Shown piece by piece: positions 41,340-54,707 of a stretch of DNA of 64,000 bases; position 1 is the stretch's first letter; the number at the start of each line of letters is the position of its first letter. A model generated the notes under the pieces. The model had not been told where the DNA came from. It saw nothing but the letters and a program-made list of their open reading frames with translations, and searched no databases. This DNA is from the human T2T-CHM13v2.0 reference genome, Homo sapiens, in assembly GCF_009914755.1 (NCBI RefSeq), contig NC_060927.1; one strand, written 5' to 3'. The translations under genes were made by a program, and so were the position numbers.

Positions 41340-43060
41340 GAAGCACCCCCATAGTGCTGGATTTTAATGGAGGTATCAGCATCAATCCATGATTTAAAAT
41401 ATATGTATACATATTTTCCAGTCCTTTCTAACAGAAGGGCCTAGAAACAATGTCACCTGAGTAGCCATGAGCACACTTAATGCCCAGATCTTGGTTTCTA
41501 ATTATCTTCTATTTAAATGAACCATATAGCTAATTCCAGATCTGAAGCAGGGAAAGTATGTTATGCCAGGAAATGAGGACAGCTTATAGATAAATAGGGT
41601 TATCTCAAAAGGGCAGAGACATCTGAATAAAGGGACTTCTGCTGTCAAATTGGGCAAATTTAATCAAAATGATATAATAAATGGATTCTAACACCTTGAA
41701 TTAAAAGTGATCTCAGTTTACTAGATGAGAGAGAAACAGCAACAGACAAAAAGGGGCTAAAAAAATTGAGGAGAGGTAAAGTTCTTCCTTACAGAATAAT
41801 GTCTGTAAATATATGTTGAAAGAACGACAAAAATAGAAAACTAACATCTTATATATCCCATATTATAAATGACTCAAGCCAGAATCACCAATAAATGCTA
41901 AAACAAACAATTAGGGGAAATCTTATTGTGGAACAAGATATGTCTATTAATTCAAGTCACAGCAAACCTAGGAAAAGATTGACTGATATGTAGCCATGGT
42001 AATAAGTAGCATCCTGAATCAGATTAAAGTCTATTTAATTGGCACTTTCTAGTCAACCAATCAGTAACAGCCCTTTATTGCTAAAAGACAGCCAGTCAGC
42101 AACAGACTCATACATCTCTAAGTGCCAATTAAGCAACCTGCCCCACTCCTCACCTGAATCAACATGTTTCTACATATGTCAGCTTACTTACTTCTGAAAA
42201 TCTACTTAACTCTATACTTTCCACTTTGGTCTACTCAGACTGAACTCGACCAGCATAGTTCTCCTTTACAATAAATTCAGCTTTGTCTTTGAATTTCAGA
42301 TGAATGGTGAACTGCATTATCACCCCACTATATAATAATTAAAAAGAAAAAAACTGTGTCTTTTACAGTGGGGTAATCTGGCAGTCATCAACTAACCAAA
42401 TGGTGAAACTTGGCATTGTCATTAGTGATGCCAATAGCCTGACAGGATGTACTGATGCAGAGGCAAGGGGACAACATAACCTATTTGGTGTCCTTGCCAA
42501 AAATGGTTTAAATGAACCGAATCAGGAGAAAACAATGAGATGGATCAAGATAGTAGGCTGCTGCATGGGCCATATGGCTTGGAATCTTCAAATAATTTAA
42601 TGTCATGAATATCCAAGGGAGTTAGACAATTGATATATATTTTAAAATATTTAATAACCAAATGCAATTTATTAATTTATGAATAACCAAAAGCAATTTA
42701 GGAACCTTGACTGGATCTGTGTCATGGAGGAAAAAAAGCCAACTGAGAAAGCAAATTGAGAAAATCTGAATATGGAAAATATGATATTACTGAACTAATG
42801 TGAATTTTCTTGGGTGCAGTAAATGGGGTTAGTTGTGTAGGAATGTTTCCTTATTCTTGGAAAATGCAAGCTGAATTATTTAGGAGTAAAGCATCCTAAC
42901 ATCTGCAGCAGACTACTGTTTGTTAGATGGTTTGGCACAAAGGAAGTGTCTACAGAGACACGGCACAGATATATCAAGATGTCAAAGTTAATGAATCTCA
43001 ATGAGAGATAAACAGGTGATCACTGAACTGTTCTTTCAACTTTACTGAGGTTGAAATTTT
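41340..43060 (+). mobile_element. L1MC-type 3' region fragments
   Basis: CCATGAGCACACTTAATGCCCAGATCTTGGTTTCTAA; ends CTGTTCTTTCAACTTT...TTGAAATTTTT. Confidence 0.6.
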
Positions 43061-43344
43061 TACATTCTATTTACTTTTATTCTGAATCTTATATACACAG
43101 ACCACCCATGGAATTTCCCAGGTATTTTCCTTCAGCCTCAATTTCTCACTTACAGTAAAAATAAATGTGTTGTACTCTGTTTTTGTAAGTCAGCTCAAAA
43201 CTTTATTGGCAGAAACAGTGGTCCAAATAAGCAAAGTTCAAAACATTTAATAATAATTTTCCCCTACATAAAAAAGGCAAATATTTTTCAGTTAAGGATA
43301 ACAAAGATAAGATTCCCTTTGGAGTTTAAAATCCTCCAATCTTT

Positions 43345-44475
43345 CAGCTTTGTCCATGTCATTATCCTCAGCAAACACACACAGGAACAGAAAACCAAAC
43401 ACCACATGTTCTCACTTACAAGAGGGAGCTGAACAATGAGAACACATGGACACAGGGAACAATACACACTGGTGATATGGACAGGAGGCAGGAGGGAAGG
43501 GTCCCTGGTGAGGGTTCTACTCTCAAGCCTGGACCCCATGGCCTTAAATGAGAATAGGCATGCTTGTTTTTGTGCCCAGATGTTGCCTTTTCCAAAACCA
43601 CTCTGACCTGCCCTGCACCCTATCCTGTGCCCATAAGAACCCCAAACCCCACGCTCCATGAGCAGAAGAGCAGCAGAGCGGCAGAGCAGAGAACAGGAGA
43701 GAAGAGGAGAGAAGTGTCTGAACGTGGAGAGGACAAGAGGCAGCTGGACATCGGAGACTAGGTTGGGGAGAAGTTTGGCCAGGGACAGCCTTACTCCAAG
43801 GGAAGATTATCTTCCCACTCCATTCCCTTTCCAGCTCCCCATCCTGCTGAGATCCACTTTCATCACCCAATAAAATCCTCTGCACACACTACCCTTCAAT
43901 CCATTTGTGTGACCTGATTCTTCCTGGATGCCAGACAAGAATTCAGGAGGCACTGGGTGTGGAAACCCAAAAAGGCTGTCACACTGACTCTTCACTGAGC
44001 TGGCTGACACTTAAGCTGTCTGTGGATGGCAAGGCTAAAAGAGCATTGTAACACACTTGGACGCTGCCATGGGGCATGCACAGGGCCTGCTTCTGCTGGA
44101 GAGAAGCAGCCAGCAGTTCCAGTGTTCCTTCACTCCGGTTCCCACACCCGTTTCCTTGCACGCTCCCTCCCGTGGGGAGTGGCCAGCAGTGGGCTGAGTA
44201 AAACTAGCAGCTTCAGTTCCTGCCAGCGAAGTGGTCAAGGGAGCTCCCGTTTCACTGGGGCCTGTCGAGGAGGTGGGGAGAAGGAGAGCATCAGGTTAAA
44301 TAGCTAATGCATGCGGGGCTTAACACCAGGTGACGGGTTGGTAGATGCAGCAACCACCATGGCACATGTTGACCTATGTAACAAACCCACACATGCTGCA
44401 CATGTATCCCAGAACTTAAAGTTTTAAAAGATAATAAAAACAAGAGTTATAAGTGGTGGAACAACAACAACGACA
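43345..44475 (+). mobile_element. Short L1PA 3' end with 16-nt inverted 5' segment, interrupted by an LTR
   Basis: L1 3' sequence at 43361-43472 and 44255-44440; TSD AAAATCCTCCA(A/G)T(C/G)TTT at 43328 and 44476. Confidence 0.88.
43473..44254 (+). mobile_element. ERV1 solo LTR, MER50-like
   Basis: TG...CA termini (TGATATGGACAGGAGGCAGG ... CCCGTTTCA), 4-bp TSD CTGG, AATAAA at about 43869. Confidence 0.88.
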
Positions 44476-44754
44476 AAAATCCTCCAGTGTTTATCATAAG
44501 CCATTTTGCCTCCAATGTCAGTAAGACAACCTAGAAGTCTCTGAGAGGAGAGAAATCTTTCCAGATCCATCAGGAGACACAGAAGTCACATGAAAGCGTT
44601 CCTACAGACACATGAAAATGCTAAGGGTATCTTTGGACACTGAGGACTCTCCCACCAACAGCCACACTGACAACAGCCTTTGGTGTCTCACTCAGAGGAG
44701 TCCCTGGTGGGAAGCCAGGCTGTAATCTGTCACAAGAGCATGTGAGCAGAGGCC

Positions 44755-45200
44755 ACCTTACTAGATAAAATGCAGCTGGTTACCGCATTCCCTGGAGGGA
44801 CAGTGACCTCCGACAGACAAGGTGAGGCAGGCAGACAAAACAGTGGGCACCGCAAATGAACAGGCAGGCGCGGAGTGGTGCCTGGAGGAAAGCCTCTGAC
44901 CTGGAGCCGAGGGAGAGCTGCTAGATAAACAAGCCATTATAAGAGGGTAATATTCCATCCTAGTGTGAGCGGAAGCTGGGAAGAAAACCAACTGTAGGCC
45001 TGATGTGGACTGCAGCTGGCAGGAAGGCTGCAGAGCTCGGTTCAAGGCAGGAGATCCTGCCCCTGTCCCTGGCACAGAACACAAACAGCACCACTGGATG
45101 TGGTGGGAGGAGGAGGAAGGAAAATCTATACATTTACGGGACGTGAAATGCAAGAAATTGAGGGAATTCGTCCAGGAAGGAGGAATGACACCATTAATAT
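44755..45200. promoter_or_regulatory. GC/CpG-enriched non-repeat patch, candidate enhancer or promoter
   Basis: Local GC and CpG rise over background; GCGGAAG ETS core about 44969, AGATAA at 44763 and 44923, minus-strand donor CTA/GTAAGG at 44761. Confidence 0.35.
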
Positions 45201-45444
45201 CAGTATTTATGGGCTTACAAGAAGATAAATGCATTTCAAGAGTAGCCTCACCCCAAAGAGAACTAACCACACAATTAAGATCAAGGCTACTGTCATAGAC
45301 CTGGCTCTGCTTTGAAAAACAAGCTACAAAGGGAAGTTTGGGCTTTAATTTAAAAAAAAAAAAAAATGTTCACGGAAATAAGAGAAACTTTAAGAAAACT
45401 TGTAGAACACAAAAATCACATTAGACTCTTCTATAATTCTCATA

Positions 45445-45712
45445 ACAATAGAAACTTAACAATAATGGAGCTTATATTTGAATGCTTCATATGCACGAGA
45501 GAGAGTTTAAGCATTTTGCATATATTAACTCACATGATCCTCACAACAATTCCGCTGGGTAGATACTATTACTGCCCATTTGAAGCATAAGGTAACTGAA
45601 GGAAATCTAGGTTAAGTAATTCCCAGGGCTTGCTCTTGTAAGACAACTGAGCTTGGATTCACATCCAGGCCCTCAGCTGCAAAGCTTATATTCCTCAGCC
45701 CATGAATACTGC
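45445..45712 (-). mobile_element. MIR
   Basis: ATCCTCACAACAA...TATTACTGCCCATTT...AACTGAAG...GGTTAAGTAA. Confidence 0.75.
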
Positions 45713-45864
45713 CTCTGGGTATGCAAAAATCACCTTTGCCTTCAGGAAATAAGGCTCACATTTTTAAGTGAACACTCAAGTTGATATAGTGGGGAAGGCG
45801 GGGAAGGCAGGGAAATCTGGAGCTGAGACAAAGGAGTGGGGAAACATACTATGGGTTCAGAGGA

Positions 45865-46280
45865 CCTATCCACAAACCTGTTGGTCTCTGTACCTCTTCA
45901 CACTGTTGAAAAATTGACTACACCGAAGAGCTTGAATTTATGTGACTATATTTGCTGATATTTAATTCCAAGTTAGAACTAAGAAAATTCTAAAATATTT
46001 ATTCATTTACTTAAAATAATAAACCCATATGTTAATGTAATATTTTAATAATATTTTCTAAAACAAAAAAACTAGTGTGAAGAGTGACAAATCTCTAATG
46101 AATGGCTTGATAGAAGATAATTGCATCCTTATTTCTGCTTCTGTATGCAATCTATCATGAGATGTCTTCGCTAAAGCATAGGAAGAAGTTGGCCTCATAT
46201 AGACATATAGTTGGAAAAGGAACTACTTCACAAATTCTGCAAAGGTCTTGGGGACCTTCCGGGGCCCCAGGACCACTGGT
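45865..46280. mobile_element. hAT-Charlie (Charlie1-like) fragment
   Basis: TTGGTCTCTGTACCTCTTCACACTGTTGAAAAATTGA...GAAGAGCTT; end GGTCTTGGGGACC...GGACCAC. Confidence 0.6.
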
Positions 46281-46284
46281 CTAG

Positions 46285-46510
46285 AGAAAGGACTCTAGAG
46301 TTAGACCACCTGGATTTGAAACCTGGCTCTGCCACTTAATAGCTGTTTGGTCTAGATCGATTTAGCTCATATTATCTCATTCTCTCATCTATAAAATGGA
46401 GATACCAACAGTACCCACCTGATAGGTTTGCTCATGAGTGCTAAATTAATATTTATCAAATGCCTAGAACAATCTCAGAGCATAAATGTTATATGTTAGA
46501 TGAATAAATA
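46285..46510 (+). mobile_element. MIR
   Basis: CCTGGATTTGAAACCTGGCTCTGCCACTTAATAGCTGT...CTCATCTATAAAATGG. Confidence 0.85.
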
Positions 46511-47799
46511 AAATGACCTGGCTTTGCAAGAAGCATCTCCGCCAGAGTAACGTCTCTGTACTGAATTGTACATTCTGACAGCTGAGACAATGACAGGGAT
46601 CACTTGAGCGAAAGTGATCAATTACACCCATGTTATAATAGGGATAATTATAATAGGAGCTTCAGTAAATTGAGAAATCAACTGAGATACAAACTTCGAC
46701 TTCATGGGAGCTAAGAAAACATAATCATTTGAATCTCTACTCCTCTGAGGATGGATAGCAACATCCTTTCAAAACCCTTTCATGTTCAAAGTCACATCAG
46801 ACAGGGGAAATTCTTTAATGTAATTTCTGTTGCATTTTGGCTATAAAAACATGTCGAGAAGTTGTTAAGCTGACAAATTCCAAGGTATCTCTTAATGACA
46901 AAAAGTGGGTGAATAGTTATAAAGGCTCAAGAGTTAATGTTATTTTAGGGTTAAGTTAAATATATTTTTACCTGTGCAAATTTTTATCTATTTCATTTTT
47001 AAAAATTGATAAAGGTCATTCAGGAGGTGATTTGAGAACACACAACTTGTTGTAGATATCTTTCTTATTTATATTATTGCCATATATGATGCAATACATG
47101 TAAAATTCTTCCATCCCATCCTACTATACCTTTCACATATTCTTTGACGTTTTATTCCCTCCATCAAATATGAGTTGTCTTTTAGATAGCATCGGAATCA
47201 TAGGATACTAGTAGCTACTTCCTCTGTCTCTCTACACCCACCTCCCTAAAACTACAGGCGGCTGACCCACTGATATTACTATGAATTTTTTGCTCTTCAT
47301 CAACGGTCAAAGGGTGGTCTTCAGTCCAATGGCCTGGTTAACTGGGAATTGCCATATATGGCTTATCATTTTTAAGAAATTACAATATTGCAGAAAGCAT
47401 TTTATATGAAAATTATATTAAACATAATCTAGAATGTAAAACAGCACCATAACGTCATATTGAATATAGTACATTTCGTGACTCAGAAGACACATTATAG
47501 TTGTGTCACAATCCCCAAGATCTGTCTTTTCAATATTACCCCTATGCAGGAAACATGTGAAACTAGCAATTAATAGTATAAAGACCAACTTAGGAGTTCT
47601 GTAAAGAAGTTAGTTAGAATGTGAAAACACCGCTGTGCTTCTAGAACCATACTGCCCGGTTCATCATGACACTCCTGGTCTCTCCATTTATAAACTTGGA
47701 AATACCATTCTTTACCTTCTTCAAGGGTGGCCAGGAAGATACAGTGAATTTTTAAAGCATGCCTATGAAGTTCCATGAACTTGTTGGTGATAGTGGACT

Positions 47800-49010
47800 A
47801 GCAAAATAAAAATTAGAAGAAAGAAAACTCATTCAAAAAAAATCACAAGAAAATACGCACAAATATTTAATCTCAGGATAGATTTTGCATAAAAGAACAG
47901 GAAAAACTCATAAATGACCAAGTTGACAAAACTATGACAAAATTTCTACATGTTAATAACATCTTAAAGAAACTGAAGAGGCTAGGGCCAAAAAAGGAAC
48001 AATATTTGCAACAAATGTGACAGGTAGAGGGTTAATTCGTAAAAGATCTCTAACATATTGGGTTTTTAAAAATATCCCAATAGAAAAAGAAGCAAAGCAC
48101 CTTCATAGGTAACTTATTGATAAAGGTAATGTATATATATGTTTAAAAGTTAACTCCACTAGCAATTAGATAATAAAATGTAAACAGTGAGATATGTAAA
48201 ATCTATCAACTTGGAAAAGGTTAGGCCAAAACAAAAAACCTAATTCTTGAAGTTTATGAGATGTGTACCCCCATGCAGTGCTAGTATACAATAACTTCCG
48301 AATGTTCATCCATTTAAACACCACATAATATTATAGCAAGTAGTGATTCCAGTTTAAGAAATTTAGCAGAAACATTACCAAAGATCCTGTACCAAAATAT
48401 TTGTTACACATATGTCGAAAAGTCAGTAATAACTAATAAATTATAGTAGATCCATATGGCACAATATTATACCATCGTTAAAAATTTCATTTATATGCAG
48501 GCTGGGTGCGCTGGCTCATGCCTGTAATCCAAGCACTATGGGAGGCAGAGGCAGGCAGATTGCTTGAGACCAGGAGTTTGAGACCAGCCTGGCCAACATG
48601 GGGAAACTTCGTCTCTACTAAAAATACAAAAATTAGCTGGGCATGGTGGCCTGTAATCCCAGCTACTCAAGAGGCTGAGGCAGGAGAATTGCTTGAACCC
48701 AGGAGGTGGAGGTTGCAGTGAGCACCGAGGTGGCACCACTGCACTCTAGCCTGGACAACAGAGTGAGACTGTCTAAAAAACAATTATTTTTTACATACAT
48801 ATTAAAACGTCAGAAAAATGTCAACAATGAAGTAGGTTAAAATCATGTTATAAAGTGTTTCTCTTTTTCAAGAGAAACATGTAAGAACAAAGAAAAAAGT
48901 AGAAAGGAATAAACTGCAGTTTTGGCAAAGGTTATTTCTGGAAAATAAGATTATAGATGGTTTTTATTTTGTACAGTGGGCAGATATTCTTATGATTAGA
49001 AAAAATAAAT
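47800..49010 (+). mobile_element. Decayed L1ME-type fragment (contains an Alu)
   Basis: A-rich strand with ORF2 3' remnants (AATATTTGCAACA, CCCAATAGAAAAA). Confidence 0.5.
48500..48780 (+). mobile_element. Alu (old AluS/J) with small deletion
   Basis: Alu dimer; GCATGGTGGCCTGTAATCCC lacks several consensus bases. Confidence 0.95.
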
Positions 49011-49158
49011 GAAAGGTTTAAAAATGGGTTACACTTGATATAAACTAGACTGCAGCTTCATAGATATAATTTAAACAAAACGTTTATTTAGTCAAGCAAT
49101 TCATTAGCTGGTTACTGGTAGACTGCATTAAAAACACCAAATAGTTTGAATATATTTA

Positions 49159-50120
49159 CAGTTGGCCCTTGAACAATTAAGGGGCAAGTGATCCTGTACC
49201 ACTCCCCATCTGCATAGTTGAAAATTCACATGTAACTTAACTTCCCAAAACTTAACTACTAGTAGACTATTGTTGACTGGAAGCCTTACCAATAAACACT
49301 TGATTAACAAATATTTTGTTTATGTATTATGTATTGTATTCTTAAAGTAAACTAGAGAAAATATTAAGAAAACCATAAGGAAGAGAAAAGACATTTACAG
49401 TATTATACTATATGTATTGATACCATAGCTTGACATCATCTATTTATAAGATGAATCATCTGTCTAAAACTGTAGGTACATATCAAGGAATTTAACCTTT
49501 TCTTGTAACATCATGGCTTTTCTCTGCTTCTTGGGAGCACGTCCAGCATCACTAGTGACCCTTCATGTTAGTCCCATGGTACTATTCCAGGTTTATGGTA
49601 TGCATCACACACAAAGAAAAATGAGAACCATGAGAGATCACTTTTTACTGTGAAACAATTTACTGGAGTGACCATCAGCTCAGAGATGATTAGTGTCCTG
49701 AGGAGTTTTAAACAGATACTCCCAAAACTTGAGCTCACCCCAATAGCAATACAAGGTGGCTACAAATTTCTTATAGTACAGTATGTACTACAGTTAATTT
49801 TATGCATTTATGATTTCATACACCATCTTTATATTTCTTTATATTCCTCTCAACTGCAAGTGGCACCATGTCCAGACTGTGTTTGTGTGCCTACGTTTCG
49901 ATAAATTTTAGGCTTGTTTGTGTTTATGGTACTAAATGATAGAACAGACTAGTATCTACATATATTAATGACATACATTTATTCTTTTTTTAGATATTTC
50001 TAGCTAGTTTTTTTTCAAATTGTCACAAATGTCCAAAAAATTTTTCTAATATACTTATTGAAAAAAATCCACAGAAGTGGACCCACACATTTCAAACCTG
50101 TGCTCTCCAAGGATCAACTG
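49159..50120. mobile_element. Tigger2-family non-autonomous element with both ends
   Basis: TA-CAGTTGGCCCTTGAACA ... TGCTCTCCAAGGATCAACTG-TA terminal inverted repeats with TA TSD. Confidence 0.88.
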
Positions 50121-50980
50121 TAATTCCTTTTCTCCATAACATTTCAGTAGTATCAGAACTACATTAATGCTCCGTACCTCCTGTGTACGGATTATATCAG
50201 GAGGCTGAGCTGTGGATGAAAGAGATTTTAAAAAGAAACAGTAGTGTGATTTGAAACTAAATAAAAGAGAAACATCTAGTCTAGAGAGCATGTCAGTCCT
50301 AGTCCAAACCTTTCCAGCATGTACAGGCTGAACACTCCAAAATGAAGGTCTACTGCTTATTGCTGAATTGTTGGTAGTCTCAATGACCCCAGGATTGCAG
50401 AGATGCTTCACTTTCAAAAAAAAAATCCATTAAAATTAGTTCAAAGAGGACACTAACATGGTGTTAGAGGGTCATTTTTCAATGTTGTGGGTGGAGGAGC
50501 GAGACACTTAGAGTAACTCCCATTATGGTTAATGAGAGTTGAGCATCTAGACTCATCTAAACCCCCTGAGGGTTTAATTTAAAACCACTATGGCAAAGCA
50601 ACTCTAAGCCATGAATGAACAGCAGCATTTTTCACACACCTACCTCTTCCCAAGTACCAAAAACAGTAGAAATAATAAAGGTGAGTTTGTTTGGTTGGGT
50701 TTGATTTTTACTACCATGCCTCATAGAAGAGAAAAAAAAAGGAAAAAGGCTCATATCAAATGCCTATAAATTTTTTGGTTTATTTTAAATCCAGGGTGTT
50801 ATTTTAATGCCATTTTTAAATGACTAATTTAAACTTGAGTCTGGGTTTTTCCAGTTGCTATGTGATGTTCACATAGAAATGCAGTATTTTTTTAAATTCC
50901 ATTTAAGCTTCAGTTTTACAAATTTAGGGCTACCATTATATAATGTCCATTCCAAGACCCATGCTCTTGATCAACCTTAA

Positions 50981-51312
<332 letters not shown>

Positions 51313-51872
51313 AAAAGTTATAATTATTATACCATGCTTCCAATATGCCAAATTTATTCATTCTTCTGACTTCCATATCACCTTGTTTTAATTCTCTCAC
51401 AAGAGCCCAGGAGGCAGGCAAATACCTGTTTTCATAGCAGAAAATACCTTTATCTTCACATGAGCAAATCAAACAAAAAAGAATAAATGACCTAAGTTTC
51501 CCCATATGGGACTAAAATACATTTCTCCAATTCCCTGTCCAAAGCTCATTTGCAGTTTTGACAAGTACAAATGTTTTGTACCCAAAGACAGTAAATGAGG
51601 CAGTAGAGCCATTGGCAGGCAGAGCTCTTTCTTCTCCCATGTACATTCAACAATACCAGAAACAGGACTGAGAGAGCCTTGTAACCATCATTTCCATGGT
51701 TTGAGTTTTGTGGTAGGGTCAGGGAAGGCCTCTGTGTGTAAGTGATGACAAGGGAACAGGAATTGAAAGGAGGAAAACCAGGGACCCTGTGTAGGTCAGA
51801 GGGTGGCAGGTGAAGGTCAGAGGAATGTCAGATTTTACTTTAATTGAAAGAAACAGCAACAGCAACCAGAAG

Positions 51873-52177
51873 TTTTTTTTTTTTTTTTTTTTCTGACACA
51901 GAGTCTTGCTCTGTTGCCTAGGCTGGTTGTGCAGTGGCACGATCTGAGCTCACTGCAACTTCTGCCCCCCTGAGTTCAAGCAATTATCGTGTCTCAGCCT
52001 CCTGAGAAGCTGGGATTAAAAGTGCCCACCAGCACACCTGGCTAAGTTTTGCATTTTTAGTAGATACAGGGTTTCACCATGTTGGCCAGGCTGGTTTCGA
52101 ACTCCTGACCTCAAGTGATCACCTGCCTCAGCCTCCCAAAGTGTTGGGATTACAGGCATGAGTCACTATGCCCAGCC
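51873..52177 (-). mobile_element. Alu (AluS)
   Basis: Poly(T) plus full dimer. Confidence 0.96.
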
Positions 52178-52627
52178 AGAAACAACCATAATTTCTTAAT
52201 GCAAAGGAACAACCTGTTCTTGTTTCTGTATTTTTAAAAATCTATGTCAGCTACATAGTGGTAGACTGGAGGATGGATAGTGGTAGACTGGAGTTGCGGG
52301 AGTGATAAACAAGGAAACCTGAGAGCTCACTGCACCCAGTTCAGACAAGATTTGGCAGGAGTAGTAGAGATGTTGAGTACCAGACTCAGAACATATTTTT
52401 GAGAAACAGCCTCCATGTGCATTGGAAGGATGTTTTGAGAATGCTGTCAATTACATATTCTGGCATCATCTCCTTGAGGAAGAATTCACAGAAAATCGCC
52501 TGATCTCTGGTGTTGTGCACATTTCTGCATTTTTCTGAACAATCAGCCTATTTTTACCTCAAGAATTGATGCTCTTTCCTTATTTAGGTTGGTGATAGAA
52601 AGTTCAGGGCCAACTTTGTGACCCATC

Positions 52628-52988
52628 TGTTTTTGTTGGTTTTCAGGCTGCTAAAGACACACCCAAGACTGGGTAATTTATAAAGAAAAAGAGGTTTAAT
52701 AGACTCATAGTTCCACGTGGCTGGGGAGGCCTCACAATCATGGCAGAAGTCAAAAGGCACATCTTACACGGCAGCAGGCAAAAGGAAAAATGAGAGCCAA
52801 GTGAAAGGGGAAACTCCTTATAAAAACAGCAAATCTCGTGAGACTTATTCATTACCACAAGAACAGTATGGGGGAAACCATCCCTGTGATTCAATTATCT
52901 CCCACGGGCTCCCTCCCATAACACGTGGGAATTATGGGAGCTATAATTCAATATGAGATTTGGGTGGGCACACAGCCAAACCATATCA
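52628..52988 (-). mobile_element. THE1-type MaLR solo LTR
   Basis: CCCAAGACTGGGTAATTTATAAAG...GCCAAACCATATCA; 5-bp TSD CCATC/CTATC. Confidence 0.9.
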
Positions 52989-53965
52989 CTATCTCTAGCA
53001 AGTATATAAATATTTTATATCTATTTGATGCACTAATCTCACTTTTGGTCCATCTTACTTTCCTTTTACTACTTCTTGAATTTTGTAGTTTGCTTTTTTT
53101 TAAAGCACTTAAATCTTACTCTACTTTTTCATAGTCACCTTAAATCATGTTTTAAAAATTCTAGGAAATAAATGAATAAACAAACTAAAATTGTCTAATG
53201 GAAATTTCCTTGATTATTATAGAAATAATAAATCAGAAGAAGGTTTCATCAAAGGGATCATCAGAAAGAAATAGAGATCTACAAAAGGGCATGTTATGTA
53301 AGGCAACCTGTATGCATGGGAAGCCAAGATGATAAAGCCATAAAAACTTGACTAAACTGAAGAAATTGCTTACAGAGCTGCTCCAGACTTCCTGAGGAAG
53401 GCAAGACAGTGGCATATACAATCTTGGGAAATCAAATCTCATGAGCCGACGAGTTATCAAACCCTTCTGTTAGATTTCTCTCAGCTGAGGAAATAACTGA
53501 TTTCATCAGCCTGGCTGGAATCCACATGGAAATCTATGAAACCTGTGCTGGGCATGGGAGGGGTTGAGTATTTTTCATGCTCAAACCACCTGTTACTTCT
53601 CTCTCTTTCAAAGCAGGCCACTTTGGAATGATGAATATTAGTTATGTCTCCAAGCATGTGTTCATGTGTGTTAGGTACATAGAAATCCTGGTTGACACTA
53701 TGTTAACCATTGCAGTATACTGCCTGGTGTGAGAACTTACCACATTATTCTACTTGTTAAATGAGGACCGTTGTCCTCTTTTATCTTTAGAGCTAAAAAG
53801 CCAACATGGTCAACCAGGGTCACTCATCTAGCAAATATTCATTTAACAAATATTTACTGAACACCTCCTATGAGCCTGGCCCTGCCCAGGCAGAGGAGAT
53901 GCATTCATGAATAAACCTGAGAATCATCCCTGCCCTCAGAGAGCTCACATTCTAGTCAGCCTGAG

Positions 53966-53990
53966 ACACACACACACACACACACACACA
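53966..53990. repeat. (CA)n microsatellite
   Basis: About 12 CA units. Confidence 0.95.
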
Positions 53991-54282
53991 AATAAATTAT
54001 ATAATAATTTAGTGTATAAACACTACAAAGGAACGTCATGTGGTAGGGGTGCAATTTTAAGATAATGGGAAAGACTATTCTGTGACATTTGAGCACAATC
54101 TAAATAGAGGTCTGAAGGAGTTGAGTGAACATAGCATATGTACATCTGGGGAATTGGCATTCCACGAAGAATAAACAGCTGCTGGTTCAAGGGCTATGAG
54201 GCAGCAGTGTGCTTAGAATGTTAAACAAACAACAAGGAATCTAGTGTGGTTGGATCTGAGCGAATGTGGGGAGCTTTGAAAG

Positions 54283-54707
54283 TTGTATGTAGCTGCTGTA
54301 ACAAATTACCATAAATTGGTGGCTGAAAACAATAGCCATTGATGCTGTCATGGTTTTGGAGGCCAGCGTGGCATCCAGGTGTCAGCAGGGCCACGCTCCC
54401 TCTTTGCTGCTCCAGCTTCTGATGGCTGTCAGCATTCCTTGACTTGTGACCACATCACTCCAGTCTGCCTTCACGATCATGTTGTGTCCTCCTTTTCTCC
54501 ATGTAATCTCCCTGTCTCACTCTTATAAGGACACTGCCATTGGATGTAGGATTTGCCTGGCTGATCCAGGATAATCTCCCCACCTCAAGGTGAGATACTT
54601 AACTCACACATCCACAAAGACCCCTTTCCTAATAAGGTACCATTCACAGGTTTCAAGGATTGAGATATGGACATCTCTTTTGAGGGATCCCCATTCAACT
54701 CACTACA
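54283..54707 (-). mobile_element. MLT1 (C/D-like) MaLR LTR
   Basis: GCTGCTGTAACAAATTACCA...TCTTATAAGGACAC...ATCCAGGATAATCTCC...ATTCAACTCACTACA. Confidence 0.85.

Noticed and set aside
44761-45270. 169-aa minus-strand ORF
   Set aside because: Non-ATG start, Ser/Pro/Cys-rich composition typical of a chance ORF in GC-rich DNA, no recognisable domain
46598-46619. Perfect 8-bp hairpin GATCACTT-GAGCGA-AAGTGATC
   Set aside because: Isolated 8-bp stems are expected several times by chance in 64 kb
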